DNA of 64,000 nucleotides, taken from Macrostomum lignano (lineage: Eukaryota). Position numbers and translations under genes: made by a program. The DNA lies in assembly GCA_002269645.1 (NCBI GenBank), contig NIVC01000712.1, positions 1-64,000 on the forward strand, written 5' to 3'. How positions within the stretch are numbered: position 1 is the first letter of the stretch; each line of letters starts with the position of its first letter. This document shows positions 1 through 13,156 of the stretch, piece after piece. The notes beneath the pieces were generated by a model. The model did not search any database. It had not been told where the DNA came from and saw only the letters and a list, made by a program, of their open reading frames with translations.

Positions 1-3000
1 TTCGCGAGGCCAGCGTCCAAAGACGATACCCTATGTGGTTTTCGTCCCTGCTAAGAGCACCGCAGCTGGAGCCAGACGTTATTCGCCGGGTCCTACTGCG
101 TCTGAACCCCGACCTCCCTGCTAGTGGACTGGTGTATCACCGCAAAGTCCGCAGGGGGGAGACGGGCAACGTCAATTGTCCTCGCCTTTCCAGCACTTTG
201 GGCGAGTCGGTACCCTAATGGATCCTCTTTCCAGTTGGGTGCCCTCAAGCTCAAGATGCGCCGAGGAAAGTCTGCCAAAGGGAAGGCTTCTGCCAACCCC
301 GGCATCTCCGCAAGAGCGGGGCGCAGTCTAAGGCCCAAGGAAAGGCGCAAGCGCGATCCCAAAGCCAAAGCTGCGTCTCGCCCCTCTGCTAGCAGCAGTT
401 CGGCGACCGCGGTAACGGCTCCGGCCAAGCCCCGGGAACGCAAACCTGCCAGTCGGAGAAGGAGTTGAGGACGAGGCCGGGTCTTCGGAATCCGAGCTCT
501 CCTCGCCACCCTGGTGGGGTCTGAAGGTAAAGATGCAGGTGAGGAAGCTTCCTGCCATCCTGTCATCGGAGCCTGAGGACTCTGCTGGGGGGCGCGGTGG
601 GGGTGAGGAGGCCATGGACGTCGACCAACTCCCATCTCCCAGTCAAGCCCCAGCGGCCTGGGACGAGGACGATCTGTTGTCCAAGTCTCCTTGATGGCCC
701 TGGGCTCTAGCCAGAAATTGCATTTAATACAGTATGACTAAGCTCCACGCTGCCAAAGGAGCGACATTCTGTCTGCAAATTAATTTACAGGCATTGCGTA
801 TCTGCGTCAGTAAATCTGATGAAGATTGCTGAGCTGTACAGGCCAGGCCTCATCCTGATCCAGGAACCCTGGATGCGCAACGGTAAGTTGCCCAACATTC
901 CCTCTGGCTACTCTGATTTTTATGTGTGTGGCCCGGGGAACAGTCGCCCTAGAGCGGCTATCCTCGCTGCTAGCCATCTCCAGGCTTGGCTGAGGACTGA
1001 TCTCTCTGATGGAGACCTTTGCGTCATCCAATCTAATCATTTCTCTCCGCGTACGTGTCTTGTTGCCTCGGTTTATATCCCAGGCGACAGAGACCCTGCT
1101 CTGAGAGTTTACTGCGCCTCGCGCAGTACTGCGAGTCCCAGAACGCTGAGCTGTGCTTAGGGGGCGACCTCAACGCGCACCACAAGCACTGGGGCTGCAA
1201 AGATACCAACACTAGAGGAGAGGAGCTTCTGGCCCTCATTTCTAACACAAACCTCATGCTCTGCAACCGCGGCAGCACTCCTACCTTTAATAATGGCAGA
1301 TGGACTGAGGTCCTCGACGCCACACTCGTTACCCAAGACTCTTTGACAGAGTTGAGGAGTGGAGAGTCTGGTCTGAGGAGCCCTCCCTGTCTGACCACTG
1401 CTTTATCGCCTTTAACATCGCGGACACTAAAACCCAGTCTCCGATCACTTGGAGACGCAATATCCGCAACACTGATTGGGCGGCCTACAAGGCTGCCCTT
1501 GATCTGCACCTGCAGGAACTCACGGACTTACGTCCGATTGAGACCTGCGAGGATGTGGATCATATGGCTGAGACGCTGACAGGTTGCATTATTGAAGCCT
1601 ACGAAGCGGCTTGTCCTGCTCGCGCCTACAAAGGCAAGACCTCGGCGCCGTGGTGGAACCCGGAGCTGGGGAAACTCAGGCGGAAGGCCAAAAGCCTTCA
1701 TCGCCGTGCCATGAAGACCGGAAACCCGGAGGACATGGAGCTTTTCCGGCAAGCCTCCCGCAATTTCAAATCTGAAGTGCGCAAGGCCAAGGAATGTAAG
1801 TGGCGCCAATTCTGCAATGAATTGGATCAAGACAGACCTACTTCTAGGCTTGTCAAGGCCCTTACAATGGACAAAATGTCCAAATTAGCCATGATCAAAA
1901 AAGATGATGGCTCTCTTACTAAAGACCCTGAAGAAGTGCTTCAGCATATGCTTAGCACATTCTTCCCGAGGGTACCTACTGCTAGACCGGAGCCCAACCA
2001 TTCGATGGATGGAGCCACCCTAGCGGCGGGCATTGTCACTGAAGACCTAATCGCTCGTGCGGTCAGAACCTTCAAACCCTTCAAATCTCCTGGACCTGAT
2101 GGTATCTACCCTGTTCTCCTTCGTGAAGCAGCCAAGATACCCTCGTTCCTGAGACTCACCCGCAATCTTATGCGGGCCTCTATCCAGCTGGGATACGTTC
2201 CCAAATGCTGGACTGAAGCTCGGGTAGTCTTTATTCCCAAACCTGGGAAGGGTGACTACCAAAGCGTCAAGGCCTTCCGGCCTATTAGCTTAACGTCAGC
2301 AATGCTTAAGCTCACTGAGAGGCTTATTCTCTGGCGGCTGCTGTCCTGCGAGCTGACAGCGATGCCCCTCAGCAATAATCAGCACGCCTTCCGTACCGGG
2401 AGGTCGACTGACAGCGCCTTGCATGCGATTGTCGAGAAGATTGAAAGGGCGGTACTGGGTGACGGTTACGCTCTGGCTCTCTTTCTTGACATTGTTGGCG
2501 CCTTCGACAACGTTATCTTTGAAGCGTTTCAGAGGGCCCTTCAAAATCGCAAAGCTCATGCTACCCTCATACGGTGGATCATGTACATGATCTCCAACCG
2601 TACGGTCACTGCCCAACTTCTTGGGCAAACTGCCTCCACCAGAGTCTGTAAGGGTGGACCCCAAGGCGGAGTCCTCACCCCGACGCTCTGGAACCTGGTC
2701 ATGGACGCTCTTTTGAGTGACTCCCGACCCGACCCCGTCTTCAAAGTCGGGTATGCTGATGACGTCACGGCCATTGTGGCAGGAACGTCTCCCAGCACGC
2801 TCAGGGATCTGATGCAGAGCTTTATCCGCAAAGCAGAATCCTGGGCCAATGACAATGGTCTGGAACTCTCTGAGCCCAAAACCGTTGCCATTATGTTTAC
2901 CAGCAGACTACGCTGGAACATACGTCCTCTGCAGCTCTACGGCAGAGATATTGCCTTCGCGCACCAGACCAGATGTCTCGGGGTCATACTTGACCACCGG

Positions 3001-4500
3001 CTCAACTGGTCCTCCCACGTGAAAGCAAAAGCCAAGCGTGCCTCAGCCATCCTGGCCCAGCTCCGACGAGCACTTGGCACTTCTTGGGGTCTATCCCCAA
3101 AGCGGCTTTGGTGGATCTATACTTCCGTAGTTAGACCTGCCATTACGTACGCCTCTGTTGTCTGGGTTAGCGCTACCCAGGTCAAAAGCCATGCAGACCT
3201 GCTCAACACGATCCAAGGCAGAGCGTGTAGGCTCATCTGCAACGCCACCAGGTCCACGCCCTTTGCTGGCATGGGGGCCTTCCTTAATCTTCCGCCTCTT
3301 GACCTCTTCATCAGGGGTGAGGCGGCTAGAACGACGCGGCGTCTAATTGATGCCGGCGTCAAATTCATTTACATGAGAGCACCTGCTAAGCGGAACCTTG
3401 TCCCGCATAGCGATCTGTGCCTCAACTTTCTCAACGAGTGTCAGGCCAATCGCGTCTTCACCGATGGCATTGCCTCAACGCTCAACCTGAGACAGCGCTA
3501 CTCCGTAGCTATCGACTCGCGCGATAACATCAATGACCAATGGAACCCTGGTGAGCTTCATTGCTACACCGACGGTTCTAAGCAGTCAGCCAACACCGGC
3601 TTTGGTGTTGGAATCTTTCTGAACGGGAGGGTCATCGCTACCCACGCTCAATACACTGGGGTCAACTCCAGTGTTTTCCAAAATGAAGTTCTGGCCATCA
3701 GCTCCTGCACTGCAGAGCTTCTCGCCACTGGCGTTACTGGTAAGAACATCATTTTCCATTCGGACAGCCAAGCTGCCTTGCACGCCATCAGTGGCTGCAG
3801 CACCAACTCTGCTACAGTCCTCGACTGTATCAAACTCCTCAACATGTTGGGTTCCGCCAACAAAATTACCCTTAAGTGGGTTCCGGGGCATGTGGGGATC
3901 CGAGGAAATGAGTTGGCTGACACCCTTGCAAAAGTTGGTGCCTCCGGCTCCTCTCTCGGCCCCGAACCTCTTGTCCCGATTCCTGGCTGTGTCATCGACT
4001 CGCGCATCAAAGCGTGGATCAGGACTCAGCACCGCTCGACTTGGGCGAACCGCACGAACTGCAGGCAATCCAGAGGCGCTGTCCCTCAGCCCTCTCACCA
4101 GCTCCGGAAGCTCCTCTTGCGCCTCTCGCGCAGAGACATCCGGGCTGCCACCATGACCCTCTCTGGTCACGGCTGCTTCTCCAGGCACCAGTACCTGCAG
4201 GGCAACGCCACCAACGCCACCTGTAGCTTCTGCAACTCAGGTGACGAAACCGCTGAGCATTTCGTCAGCATCTGTCCCGCCTTCACGCGGGCCAGACTCA
4301 CTTACCTCGGGCCACACACATCTATTACTGAAGCGTGCAAACCCGAAAACTTTAATCAGCTCATGCGCTACCTTCGGGCCACCCGCAGGGCTGAACTCTC
4401 CTTTCCAGAGAGCACCATAGCTGCTGGCGACACTGGGGGACCTCCCTGGGCGGCGCCAACCCTCCGTCCATAGCGACGCGTCGGCCGTTCAGGGACTAGC
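1..4500 (+). mobile_element. Non-LTR retrotransposon, LOA/Lian-like (I group with RNase H), 5' end outside the window
   Basis: Broken ORF1-like basic/low-complexity 3' part (1-~700), then an APE-RT-RNase H-CCHC polyprotein. The 3' boundary is approximate. Confidence 0.85.
819..4473 (+). CDS. LINE ORF2: AP endonuclease + reverse transcriptase + RNase H + C-terminal CCHC finger; frameshifts in the endonuclease part
   Basis: APE motifs LIQEPW, GGDLNAHH, PTF. RT motifs SPGPDG, FIPKPGK, FRPISL, GGPQGGVLTP, GYADD. RNase H YTDGSK, SDSQAAL, WVPGH.GI.GNE.AD. Finger CSFC-x7-H-x4-C. Spread over ORFs 819-1160, 1055-1579 and 1555-4473. Confidence 0.92.
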
Positions 4501-4564
4501 GGAATGGGCGCCCGCGCCTTCCCGCTGTGTCCCCTCCGGGACAGCCCTGCAGCTAAGTCAAAGT

Positions 4565-4920
4565 CAGGGGTGGTGGGTGCTGTGGGGGTGCGGGAGCTGT
4601 GGGGTGGTGGGTGCTGTGGGGTGGTGGGTGCTGTGGGGGTGCGGGAGCTGTGGGCTGGTGGGTGCTGTGGGGTGGTGGGTGCTGTGGGGGTGCGGGAGCT
4701 GTGGGCTGGTGGGTGCTGTGGGGTGGTGGGTGCTGTGGGGGTGCGGGAGCTGTGGGTTGGTGGGTGCTGTGGGGTGGTGGGTGCTGTGGGGTGGTGGGTG
4801 CTGTGGGGGTGCGGGAGCTGTGGGGTGGTGGGTGCTGTGGGGGTGCGGGAGCTGTGGGGTGGTGGGTGCTGTGGGGTGGTGGGTGCTGTGGGGGTGCGGG
4901 AGCTGTGGGGTGGTGGGTGC
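4565..4920. repeat. G-rich minisatellite, 17-bp subunits forming ~51-bp higher-order units
   Basis: Alternating GGTGGTGGGTGCTGTGG and GGGTGCGGGAGCTGTGG subunits. The repetitive ORFs here are artefacts of the array. Confidence 0.9.
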
Positions 4921-5662
4921 GCACACGCTCACAAAAGAGCTAATTTCTATATGCAATCAGATGTACGAGTATATTAAAGATAGCAGTGATATCCCATTTC
5001 GAATGTTATATGGGAACGAATTTTAAGAAACTAAAAAGTAAATGCTAGTTTTATGATTACTGGGTTAATTTTTGCTTGATAAACAGTGCCAAGAACTCTA
5101 GCAAACCCATTTAGTTTTAAAGATTTTAGCCAGTTTTCGGCTAATTCTGTTGAACTTTCATCCAGACAGGAATATTTATACCTGTGCCGCCAACGAGTGT
5201 TCGCCATTTGGACGATGGGGCTTCTGTGGTGGCTTCTCAGATTTTAAACATGAAGGTTTTCAGTTCATCTTCCATGTCTGTGTGGCCACTTTTACTTTCA
5301 GTGCCCTGCAGTGGAGCTTTCTAATTGTTTAAAAGCTCGAAGCGATCTTTCGTACTGACCCAACCCAGGTCCCTTCCATAGACTTCCAGGGGATTGACGT
5401 CATACAATGTTGACTTAATGTCAACTTTAGACAGTAGAATAGAATCCAAACAGGATCTCAAGGATCATTCATCATTTTCAAAGTTATCTTTTGTCCTTAC
5501 GCTCGTAGCATATATCAGTCAGTGCTGTTGTGCACCAAGTGTCTCAGTGGTTTTATGATTTGACTGTTTTAACTTCATCATGGAAACCAATTTAGCGTCT
5601 CGGAGTTTCCAATTCAACCAACTGGTCCGACAAGTAATCAAGATTTTGTTTTCAATCCGCAG

Positions 5663-7042
5663 ATTCAAAACCAACCTAGCCATCCTGAGCAGCAAGTCGT
5701 ACGCCGCTCTCGCCGGAGGTCAAGCTGGACAACGAGTCGGAGCCAACCAGGCGGACAGCTGGATCAACCGGGAGGCCACATCGACTGGGGCTGTTGGACG
5801 GTTTAATCGACAGAGCACCTTGGTTAGACTGGGTGAGTTGATTGTCTGAGTGTGAATAGTGATAGGGCATTGTTCTGGGGCGTCACCACCGGGGGACAGG
5901 GGGGCCCCAGTAAAAGCTATGGAGAGACATGCCAATGCTTTGTACCCCCAAGCCTCAACTTGCGACTCGTTGCTAAACTCAATAATTTTGCTTTAGGGTG
6001 CCAAAATGAGTGCCTGCGGCGCCAAAATAAGTGCCTGAATGCGGCGCCAAAATGAGTGCCTGAATGCGGCGCCAAAATGAGCGCCTGCACCGCCAAAATG
6101 AGTGCCCGAATGCGGCGCCAAAATGAGTGCCTGCGGCGCCAAAATAAGTGCCTGAATGCGGCGCCAAAATGAGTGCCTGCGGCGCCAAAATGAGTGCCTG
6201 AATGCGGCGCCAAAATGCGCGCCTGCACCGCCAAAATGAGTGCCTGCGGCGCCAAAATGAGTGCCTGAATGCGGCGCCAAAATGAGTGCCTGCGGCGCCA
6301 AAATGAGTGCCTGAATGCGGCGCCAAAATGAGTGCCTGCGGCGCCAAAATGAGTGCCTGAATGCGGCGCCAAAATGAGTGCCTGCGGCGCCAAAATGAGT
6401 GCCTGAATGCGGCGCCAAAATGAGCGCCTGAATGCGGCGCCAAAATGAGTGCCTGCCTGCACCGCCAAAATGAGTGCTAGCCACACCGATTCCCAATATA
6501 ATGTAGAAATTTAGTCATGTACATGTAGAATTTTTGGCTTTTTCTCCACCCACCATAAAATCCATGCCGAAGCCTCTGGAATTGTTTCTCAGTTTCTACC
6601 GTTTTGAATGAATGCTGATTTTAACATTCGTGTAACTTTATGAGCAGTTAATGCAATTTTTGGTAAAACAATATAGAACCTTCAAAAAGTCCTAAATGCA
6701 TTACCGTCACTAACATGCGTCTTGTGTAAAAGGGAGCAGCTTTGATTAGCGATACGTTCTATAACAAAGCTCTGAGCATCCAATGACACCCACAATTACT
6801 TGGTCAGTGAAGAAGACTTAGGTGATGAAAGTTAAAAAACTTTTTTAAAAACTATTGAGTAAACATCACTATTCCTAGATGTATACGTCACTAGATGATT
6901 ACAAACTACGTAACACAGAAGTGAAAGAGATTAACAAATCCCATGTTTATCGATAATTATTTTTTCAGGCGGAATCAATCGCGAACGAAGCGTTATGCAG
7001 ACGAAACGCATGGACTTCCCATTAAAAAGTCAGCCTCAATGA
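5663..7042 (+). CDS. Candidate last two coding exons (5663-5832, 6969-7042) of an unidentified gene extending upstream
   Basis: Acceptor ccgcag, an open frame, donor G|GTGAGT (phase 1), then tttttcag|GC in phase. Reads ...STLVRLG-GINRERSVMQTKRMDFPLKSQPQ-stop. No homology recognised. Confidence 0.35.
5998..6478. repeat. Minisatellite with mixed 21/25-bp units
   Basis: GCGGCGCCAAAATGAGTGCCT(GAAT) repeated about 20 times. Confidence 0.9.
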
Positions 7043-7584
7043 TCTGACCGTAGTTAAACAAATATAAGTGTACATTTAAGCTACGAGTTGCACTACTTTT
7101 GTTTGTACTTGTGGTTTTTATCGATTTTTCCAAACAGCTGCTGAGTAAATTGCCGTTTCTGTACTGCGAATTTGGCACCATTAAGCAAGTACAATTGGCT
7201 CAATCCTCTTTTCAAATTGCGAGTAGCTATTTATAACAAACAGTTTGTAATAAGTGTGTACTACCTAGCTATATTTGCAGACATTATTGTTTTATGTTAT
7301 TTGTGTTTTATGCAATTGCATGATTCTTTTCAGTTCGTTTGAATTTCGAATGGCACCATCATTGACCTTTTTTCTGTTATTTTTTTCTTTTCATACACAA
7401 ATCCGTGCTGAGAAAATAAACTGGTGCGTCCACTTGTAATCTAATGACTCGTTTCATCCATTACGTACCTTCTGACTTGAGATTTTTCCTACATTTGCGC
7501 GATGTCATCTTTAGCTACAGATGGTCTGAAATTTCAAATTTATTTAGCGGTCTAGCTCAAGGCCACGAATCAATTGTTCCAAAT

Positions 7585-7625
7585 GGGTTGAGAATCGAAC
7601 CCCCGACCTTTAAGTCGTGAGTTCT
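7585..7625 (-). mobile_element. Fragment of tRNA-derived SINE head
   Basis: Minus strand carries a B-box-like GGTTCGATTC and matches part of the SINE at 62822-63120. Confidence 0.45.
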
Positions 7626-8632
7626 TTTGATCATCATTAAACACAGCAGATGCGGCAGAAACGCTTTTTAGGTTCAGCGAGTTTCTGTTATTATTGAATA
7701 GATGCAGTCGATAATAACTCGTGAATGTCATTAACAATCGTAACGACTTCATTAGTGGCTAGGATATTAAGTTGTGACGTGCTTGTACGAGTCGTATTTT
7801 GCGTCTTTCCAGACGCCATTTATATTCCTCAGTGCATCTATACTGGTAAATAATTCATGAAAACGGGCCCTAACACAAGAACTTTGCAGTTTGCAGGATG
7901 GACCAAGTGTCATGGTCATCTGGTGGCAGTAGTTACTCCATCTGACGGCAGTTAGTTTATCCTCTCGACTTTGATTGCGCCTTCCCTTCTGGGCCGACGA
8001 TAGGCATGGGCATCCTTCAATTAAATTCTTGCATAGCTAAGCGGAATGCAAGATTTGCGGGAGTCGAGAGCGGTAGGCGATGCCACCCAGTCAACGAGAA
8101 ATAAGCTATTCCCTTCAACTCCGCAAGTTTTATGCCATACCGGAGATGACGCTATGATGAGAGCAGCTCTCTATACTGACTGGAGTGGAAATGCCTGGAA
8201 GCTAATTATTTATTTATCAGGTGTGTACGAGCGTCTCTTAGCCGCATCCCCTAACGATGCTGCTGGCAGCAACCCAGCCTCCATATCCAGTTGATTATAG
8301 CATGGGCAACTGTTTGGCCTTAACGCAGCTCAACTATGCCTACCTGCTCCGATCTGACAGCTGCTCAGACTGCTTGATGAGTCCGTGCTGTTCGCAACCA
8401 GCTAGCTAAACTGCAATAATTGATTTAAAAAAATTGTTAGCCCCGACTGGAGCACCAGCTCATGTGACGATAATAGCGTGACAATGAGTCAGACACCGTT
8501 GATCTCAAATCATGAGTTGATGCGAGTTAATTAAAATGAATATTTTTAGCCCACAGAGTAAACTGGCCATAACATGTTTACGCTGCTCTAAACGCTGTGG
8601 CAAACCAGCTATCTAGTCTATACGAGCTACAT

Positions 8633-8830
8633 CAGAAGTCGGCAAACTTTTTGCCTCAAGGCCCAGATAGAAAATACAGCTCATGGCTGCGGGCCATGAA
8701 AATGTAATGAGAGAGGAAAGTAGAAAGGACAAAATATAAGAGTGAGATGAGAAAAAATGGGAGAGTAGAGAAGGAGAGAGGGGAGAGGAGAGGAGAGGAG
8801 AGACGGGGAGAGGAGAGTAGAGAGAGAGAG
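8633..8830. repeat. Possible hAT-like left end followed by a (GA)-rich microsatellite
   Basis: CAGAAGTCGGCAAACTTTTT...GCGGGCC resembles Charlie/MER58-type ends. GA tract at ~8760-8830. No right end found. Confidence 0.3.
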
Positions 8831-9189
8831 CCAGCTATCTAGTGTATACAATATACATCGATTTATATTAGAAAGAACTGAACAAAAGACGTTGATAATT
8901 CTTTTGTCAATATAGGATGATAGATTTTTTCTGTTCTGCTGTTGCGATGCCTCAATTCGCGGTTAGGCATTCAACCTTAGACAAGGAAAAACTTCATTTG
9001 AATATGTTTTTTTTCACGGGATTTACGGGTATTTGCCAAGTGTTTTTTGTTTAACTTCAATGTGTTTATACTACTCGAAGGTTATAGTTATATTATTATT
9101 CCTTCCAAGTCTATCAGTAGTTAGTTATTCTTCAACGGCGAACCGGTCAGTCGGGAGAATTCCGCACTTTTGACAGCCCGGCGACTCGA

Positions 9190-12100
9190 TCACTGGTTGG
9201 AGTTGCCGAGGAAGCCGGACTGGACCAGGCGGCCGAACAAGGCGTAGGCCTCGCGGTAGGCCTCCTCGGGCATGCCATCCAGGATCAGGTCGATGACGCG
9301 GCCGTCCTTGGCGTACTCGAGCGTGAGGATTAGCTTCTCGGTCTGTTCGGAAGTCAGATGCACCTTAGCGGCGTAGTCGCGCACGTTGGGCTCCTCTGTA
9401 AAATGGAAAGGACTTAGTTTGCGCCTAAAAGGCTGACTGTTCGGTTCTAATAAGCTTCAGAGCTCAAGTCCGGGTCAGAGGAATGGGTAAAAGTTTCAGA
9501 TGGGGTATCATAGGCAGAGACATATAGTCAAGTCAAAACTCACTTCAGGAGACACCCCACTGACATCAACCGTTGTGGCGGGCTTAAGGCCCTACTCGCA
9601 CCATTTAAGTATCGTTTCTAATGGCCAGATTTTGTTAAAAGATTTATAAGCTCGAAGTTGAACGTGACATTGGCGGCTGTTCGTAGATCTATGGTTTTTT
9701 ATTCACAAATGACTGGACTCAAATGATACGGATAGACTAAACGGTTAATCGGCATGCACGATCCAACATCCAACCAGTCTTAATTAATTAACTATAACTA
9801 GAGCAAGCTTAGTACCAAGATGAGCAACTAAATTATTAACTACTACCAATTTTCACGATTGAAGGTCCTGAAGAGTTCTACGGTTGGCGATGATTGCTGA
9901 TAGAAACTGAAAGGAACATCAAAATTTTGTTTCTTTTCTGCTTGAATCTCGGCTCAAATTTGACCGGAAACGAATAACCTTTCGAAGAACTTCTTGTTGC
10001 TACCGGGAATTAAAAAAACGTTTCCATCATTCTAGTCAAGCTTCCGCAAACTCACCGGTAAGCAGTTTAGCCAGCTCATTCGGAGTCCCTTCGCCAAGGA
10101 CGCCGGGGATTAGCCAGTTATGAAAGCGTTGAATAAAGCCGGCGAGGATGACGCTAGCGGGTCGGTCCTCTGCAAGGTTTGGAAGCAGTAGGATAGTTTT
10201 GCCTTAATGCTCGTAATAATAATGTTCACTAGAAGGTTGTGGACACCCTAGCGCAACGCTTTAGGCGAACTCGTCGGACAACCAGCGCTGAGGCACATAC
10301 AAGCGCGCCAATACCCGTACGAAGGCACGCACTCACACACATGCTCACACAGGGTGTACAGTGGCCCTGAAGTTCTAATCGTTAGGCGTGTACACCCTCT
10401 AAGCCTCATTGGTGTGAATTGAACGACAACCCGACCTTACTAACTTTCGTGCACAAGCGCCGAACGAATGCGACCGCGAACAGAATCGAACCAGATGTCG
10501 TGATGGCTCGAGAGTCAGACGCGTTTACCCCTCTTGATTAAGATGATTAAAATGGCAAGCCTAACTGGGAAATTTTAGTACAATCCGACTCTCAAGTACG
10601 TCTCAAGTCTCAAGTGACTCTCAGCATTGGATCGTACTCGTAGTGATTCTTATGCTAGCTTGACGTTGCTTTGCTTTGTAAAATATTTTTTAAATGTTCA
10701 TCATAAAGCTAAAAGTTACAGAAGCCAATTGATTGTGGGAAACTGGGATCACTCTGCAAAAACAGGGCCACTCACTGGCGGTGCACAGAGCGCTGTCCTC
10801 GTCGTATCCGTCGATGCAGTCGCTACGGCCGTCGCAGATGAAGGAGAAAGCCAGGCACTGGCCGCTCTTGCAGGGCCAGGGTGCAGTTTTCGGACAGTCG
10901 TTGCCAGCCGGGTTCCCTGATGTTTGAGGATTAATGTTGTAATTAAGCACTTTTGAACCTCTGTGGTGTTCTAGTAGCAAGTCATGGACAGACCCAAGGA
11001 CTGCAATGGGGAAATCATCGTTCAAGGACCGCTAAAAGTATGCGGAGGCAACACGGGCTCCACCATAATTGACTACCGCTAAATGACAGCTTAGCTAGTT
11101 GACTGACATTAACTTTGTACGAGCGTATACCTTATTTAATAAAGCCTGGTATCCAGGAAACTAACTGACAAATTTCTCACAAGCTCATTACTCTTGTTCT
11201 TTATCAAGCCATATCAGACCAAGCACGGACACTGGTCTCTTACGGCTGCTGGAAAGTACCAAAGTGTAATAAAGTTGTCAATTTGTGACAAAGATCGGAA
11301 AAATCGTAATTCAGCATTCCTTTTTAAATCGAGGCCACAATGAATTTCAAGAACTTTCAGGGCCTCGATTTCATTATGAAGACGCACTTTTGCGAATCAA
11401 GAATAAGAAAGACATCAATCTTTCGAGGTTGATTTTCTTGATGGCTGATTAGAAAACGAAGCTGTATAGATGTCTGTTTGAGCCGAACGAAGCTCTAAAA
11501 GTGAGAATAAAATCCATTTTTTACTTCAAAATCTTAGCTGGATATAAAAAATACCTGAGAAGACAGCCAGACGGAAGCAATTTCTATCAGTTTTTTCTTG
11601 TCTTTCCGGTGTACTTTTTATATCCGCTTCAGTTGCTAGGGGAATCAATTCTGTTACTAGAAGAATCAATTTTGTGATAGTGGCACAAATTTAGTTGCTA
11701 CGGGGCATAAAGTTAGTTGCTAGAGGGATACCAATTCCGTTACTAGGGGCACAAAATCAGTTGCTAGGGCCATCAATTTTGTTACTAGGCGCACCGATTC
11801 AGTTGCTAAGACCGCCAATTTAGTTACTATGGTGACCAAATTCAATTTTTAGGATCGCCAATCCAATCAAAACGCTTACGTGCGAAGAAGGCAGGTAAAT
11901 ATCAAAGGTGTTAGACAGATTCTTAGCATGTTAATAGCAGTATCACACACTTTAAAAAATTCATTCGAAAACTTGTAAACATATATATGTGACGCAGAAA
12001 GTGCATCAAATATTAGACCTAAGCAGGAATGTTTGTATGTAGACTGATTATTGAATGGTTTAATTTTCAGCCTTTTAGAGAAGTTTGGTGGATTTTGGCT

Positions 12101-12911
12101 TTGTAAATGAAGATTTCAAAGAGTAAAAAAGCTTTGCGTACTAAATTTGCTACTTATGAACCGTTTTTTTATTCTCCTCGTCTACTTAATTCTTCCAACG
12201 CTAACCATTCAAAAACAGTCAATTTTGTTATAATGAAATTCTGTTAAACTCACTCTCGGATACATAATGGAACAACCTGAAAAACTCTCATATCTTTTCT
12301 TAAGAACAATAACATTAACAAATTTATAATCATTTTTGCAACACTTGAATAAAAGTTAAATTACAAAGTCATACTTTTTTCGATTTATTACCAATACCGC
12401 ATATTATAGCATAATATTCATTTTAAGTTCATTATATCACAGCTTACAGTGTCCCGTTGTATCTGAAATTTATCAAACGATCGATCGTTATTGTATACTT
12501 TAAAGAAAAATAGAATTAGGTAAAACAAAAAGTCTAATTTAAATTGCCAGAACTGTGCACATTAAAACCGCTAACTTTACTGTTTTAATTCAAGTTTTAT
12601 TTTTTCTATAAATTAATATATGCAAGTAGTATAGGCATGGGAAATATGGGAAAGGATGGGCTTTCTGAGAAAATCAGTTACCAACAATGAAAAGATGCAC
12701 CGGAGTTTTTGTTTTACCTTTCTTTACCAGAGGCTGTCGGTAACCAGTGACGCTTGCTAGAAGGATCAGCAGTACCACGGTTGCTATGGTGATGCTTGTA
12801 TCGGTGCCTAGAATAATTGAAATCGTTAAGAGATACCTTCAGTAATACTACTTCTATTATTGAAATTTATTTAATATAATGAATTTAATAAACGACTGCA
12901 TTACCTTTCAT
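9190..12911 (-). CDS. Prohormone-4-like secreted protein (LDLa domain neuropeptide-precursor family), spliced
   Basis: In-phase GT-AG exons: 10916-10776 (LDLa CPKTAPWPCKSGQCLAFSFICDGRSDCIDGYDEDSALCTA), 10169-10056 (KDRPASVILAGF...ELAKLLT) and 9395-9190 (...FGRLVQSGFLG). Probable signal-peptide exons 12911-12905 + 12807-12728 (MKGTDTSITIATVVLLILLASVTG). Linking exon(s) at 11.0-12.7 kb unresolved. Confidence 0.8.
11628..11830. repeat. Degenerate ~21-bp tandem repeat
   Basis: Alternating AGTTGCTAG / TGTTACTAG motifs inside a prohormone-4 intron. Confidence 0.6.
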
Positions 12912-13156
12912 TGCTAAAAGTTTACTTATAGCTGTCAGTGGGTTGCAGTTTCCGAGTATTGAAACTATCAGCTTTGTCGTAGGTGAGATGGCTCAGCATT
13001 TTCATTCCGTATCATATATCAGCCTGCAACGATATGGACTGCCATTCTGTTGGCAACTGCACTATTGGCTGTTCCACATCATTGGCTGATGTCTGATAAA
13101 ATTTAAATTAACGTGCTGCTGTAAAAAAGCTATATAGAATAATAAACCAATCATAA

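Noticed and set aside
4504-6496. Gly/Cys/Trp-rich, Pro/His-rich and HFGAA/RHSFW ORFs
   Set aside because: All six-frame products of two minisatellites.
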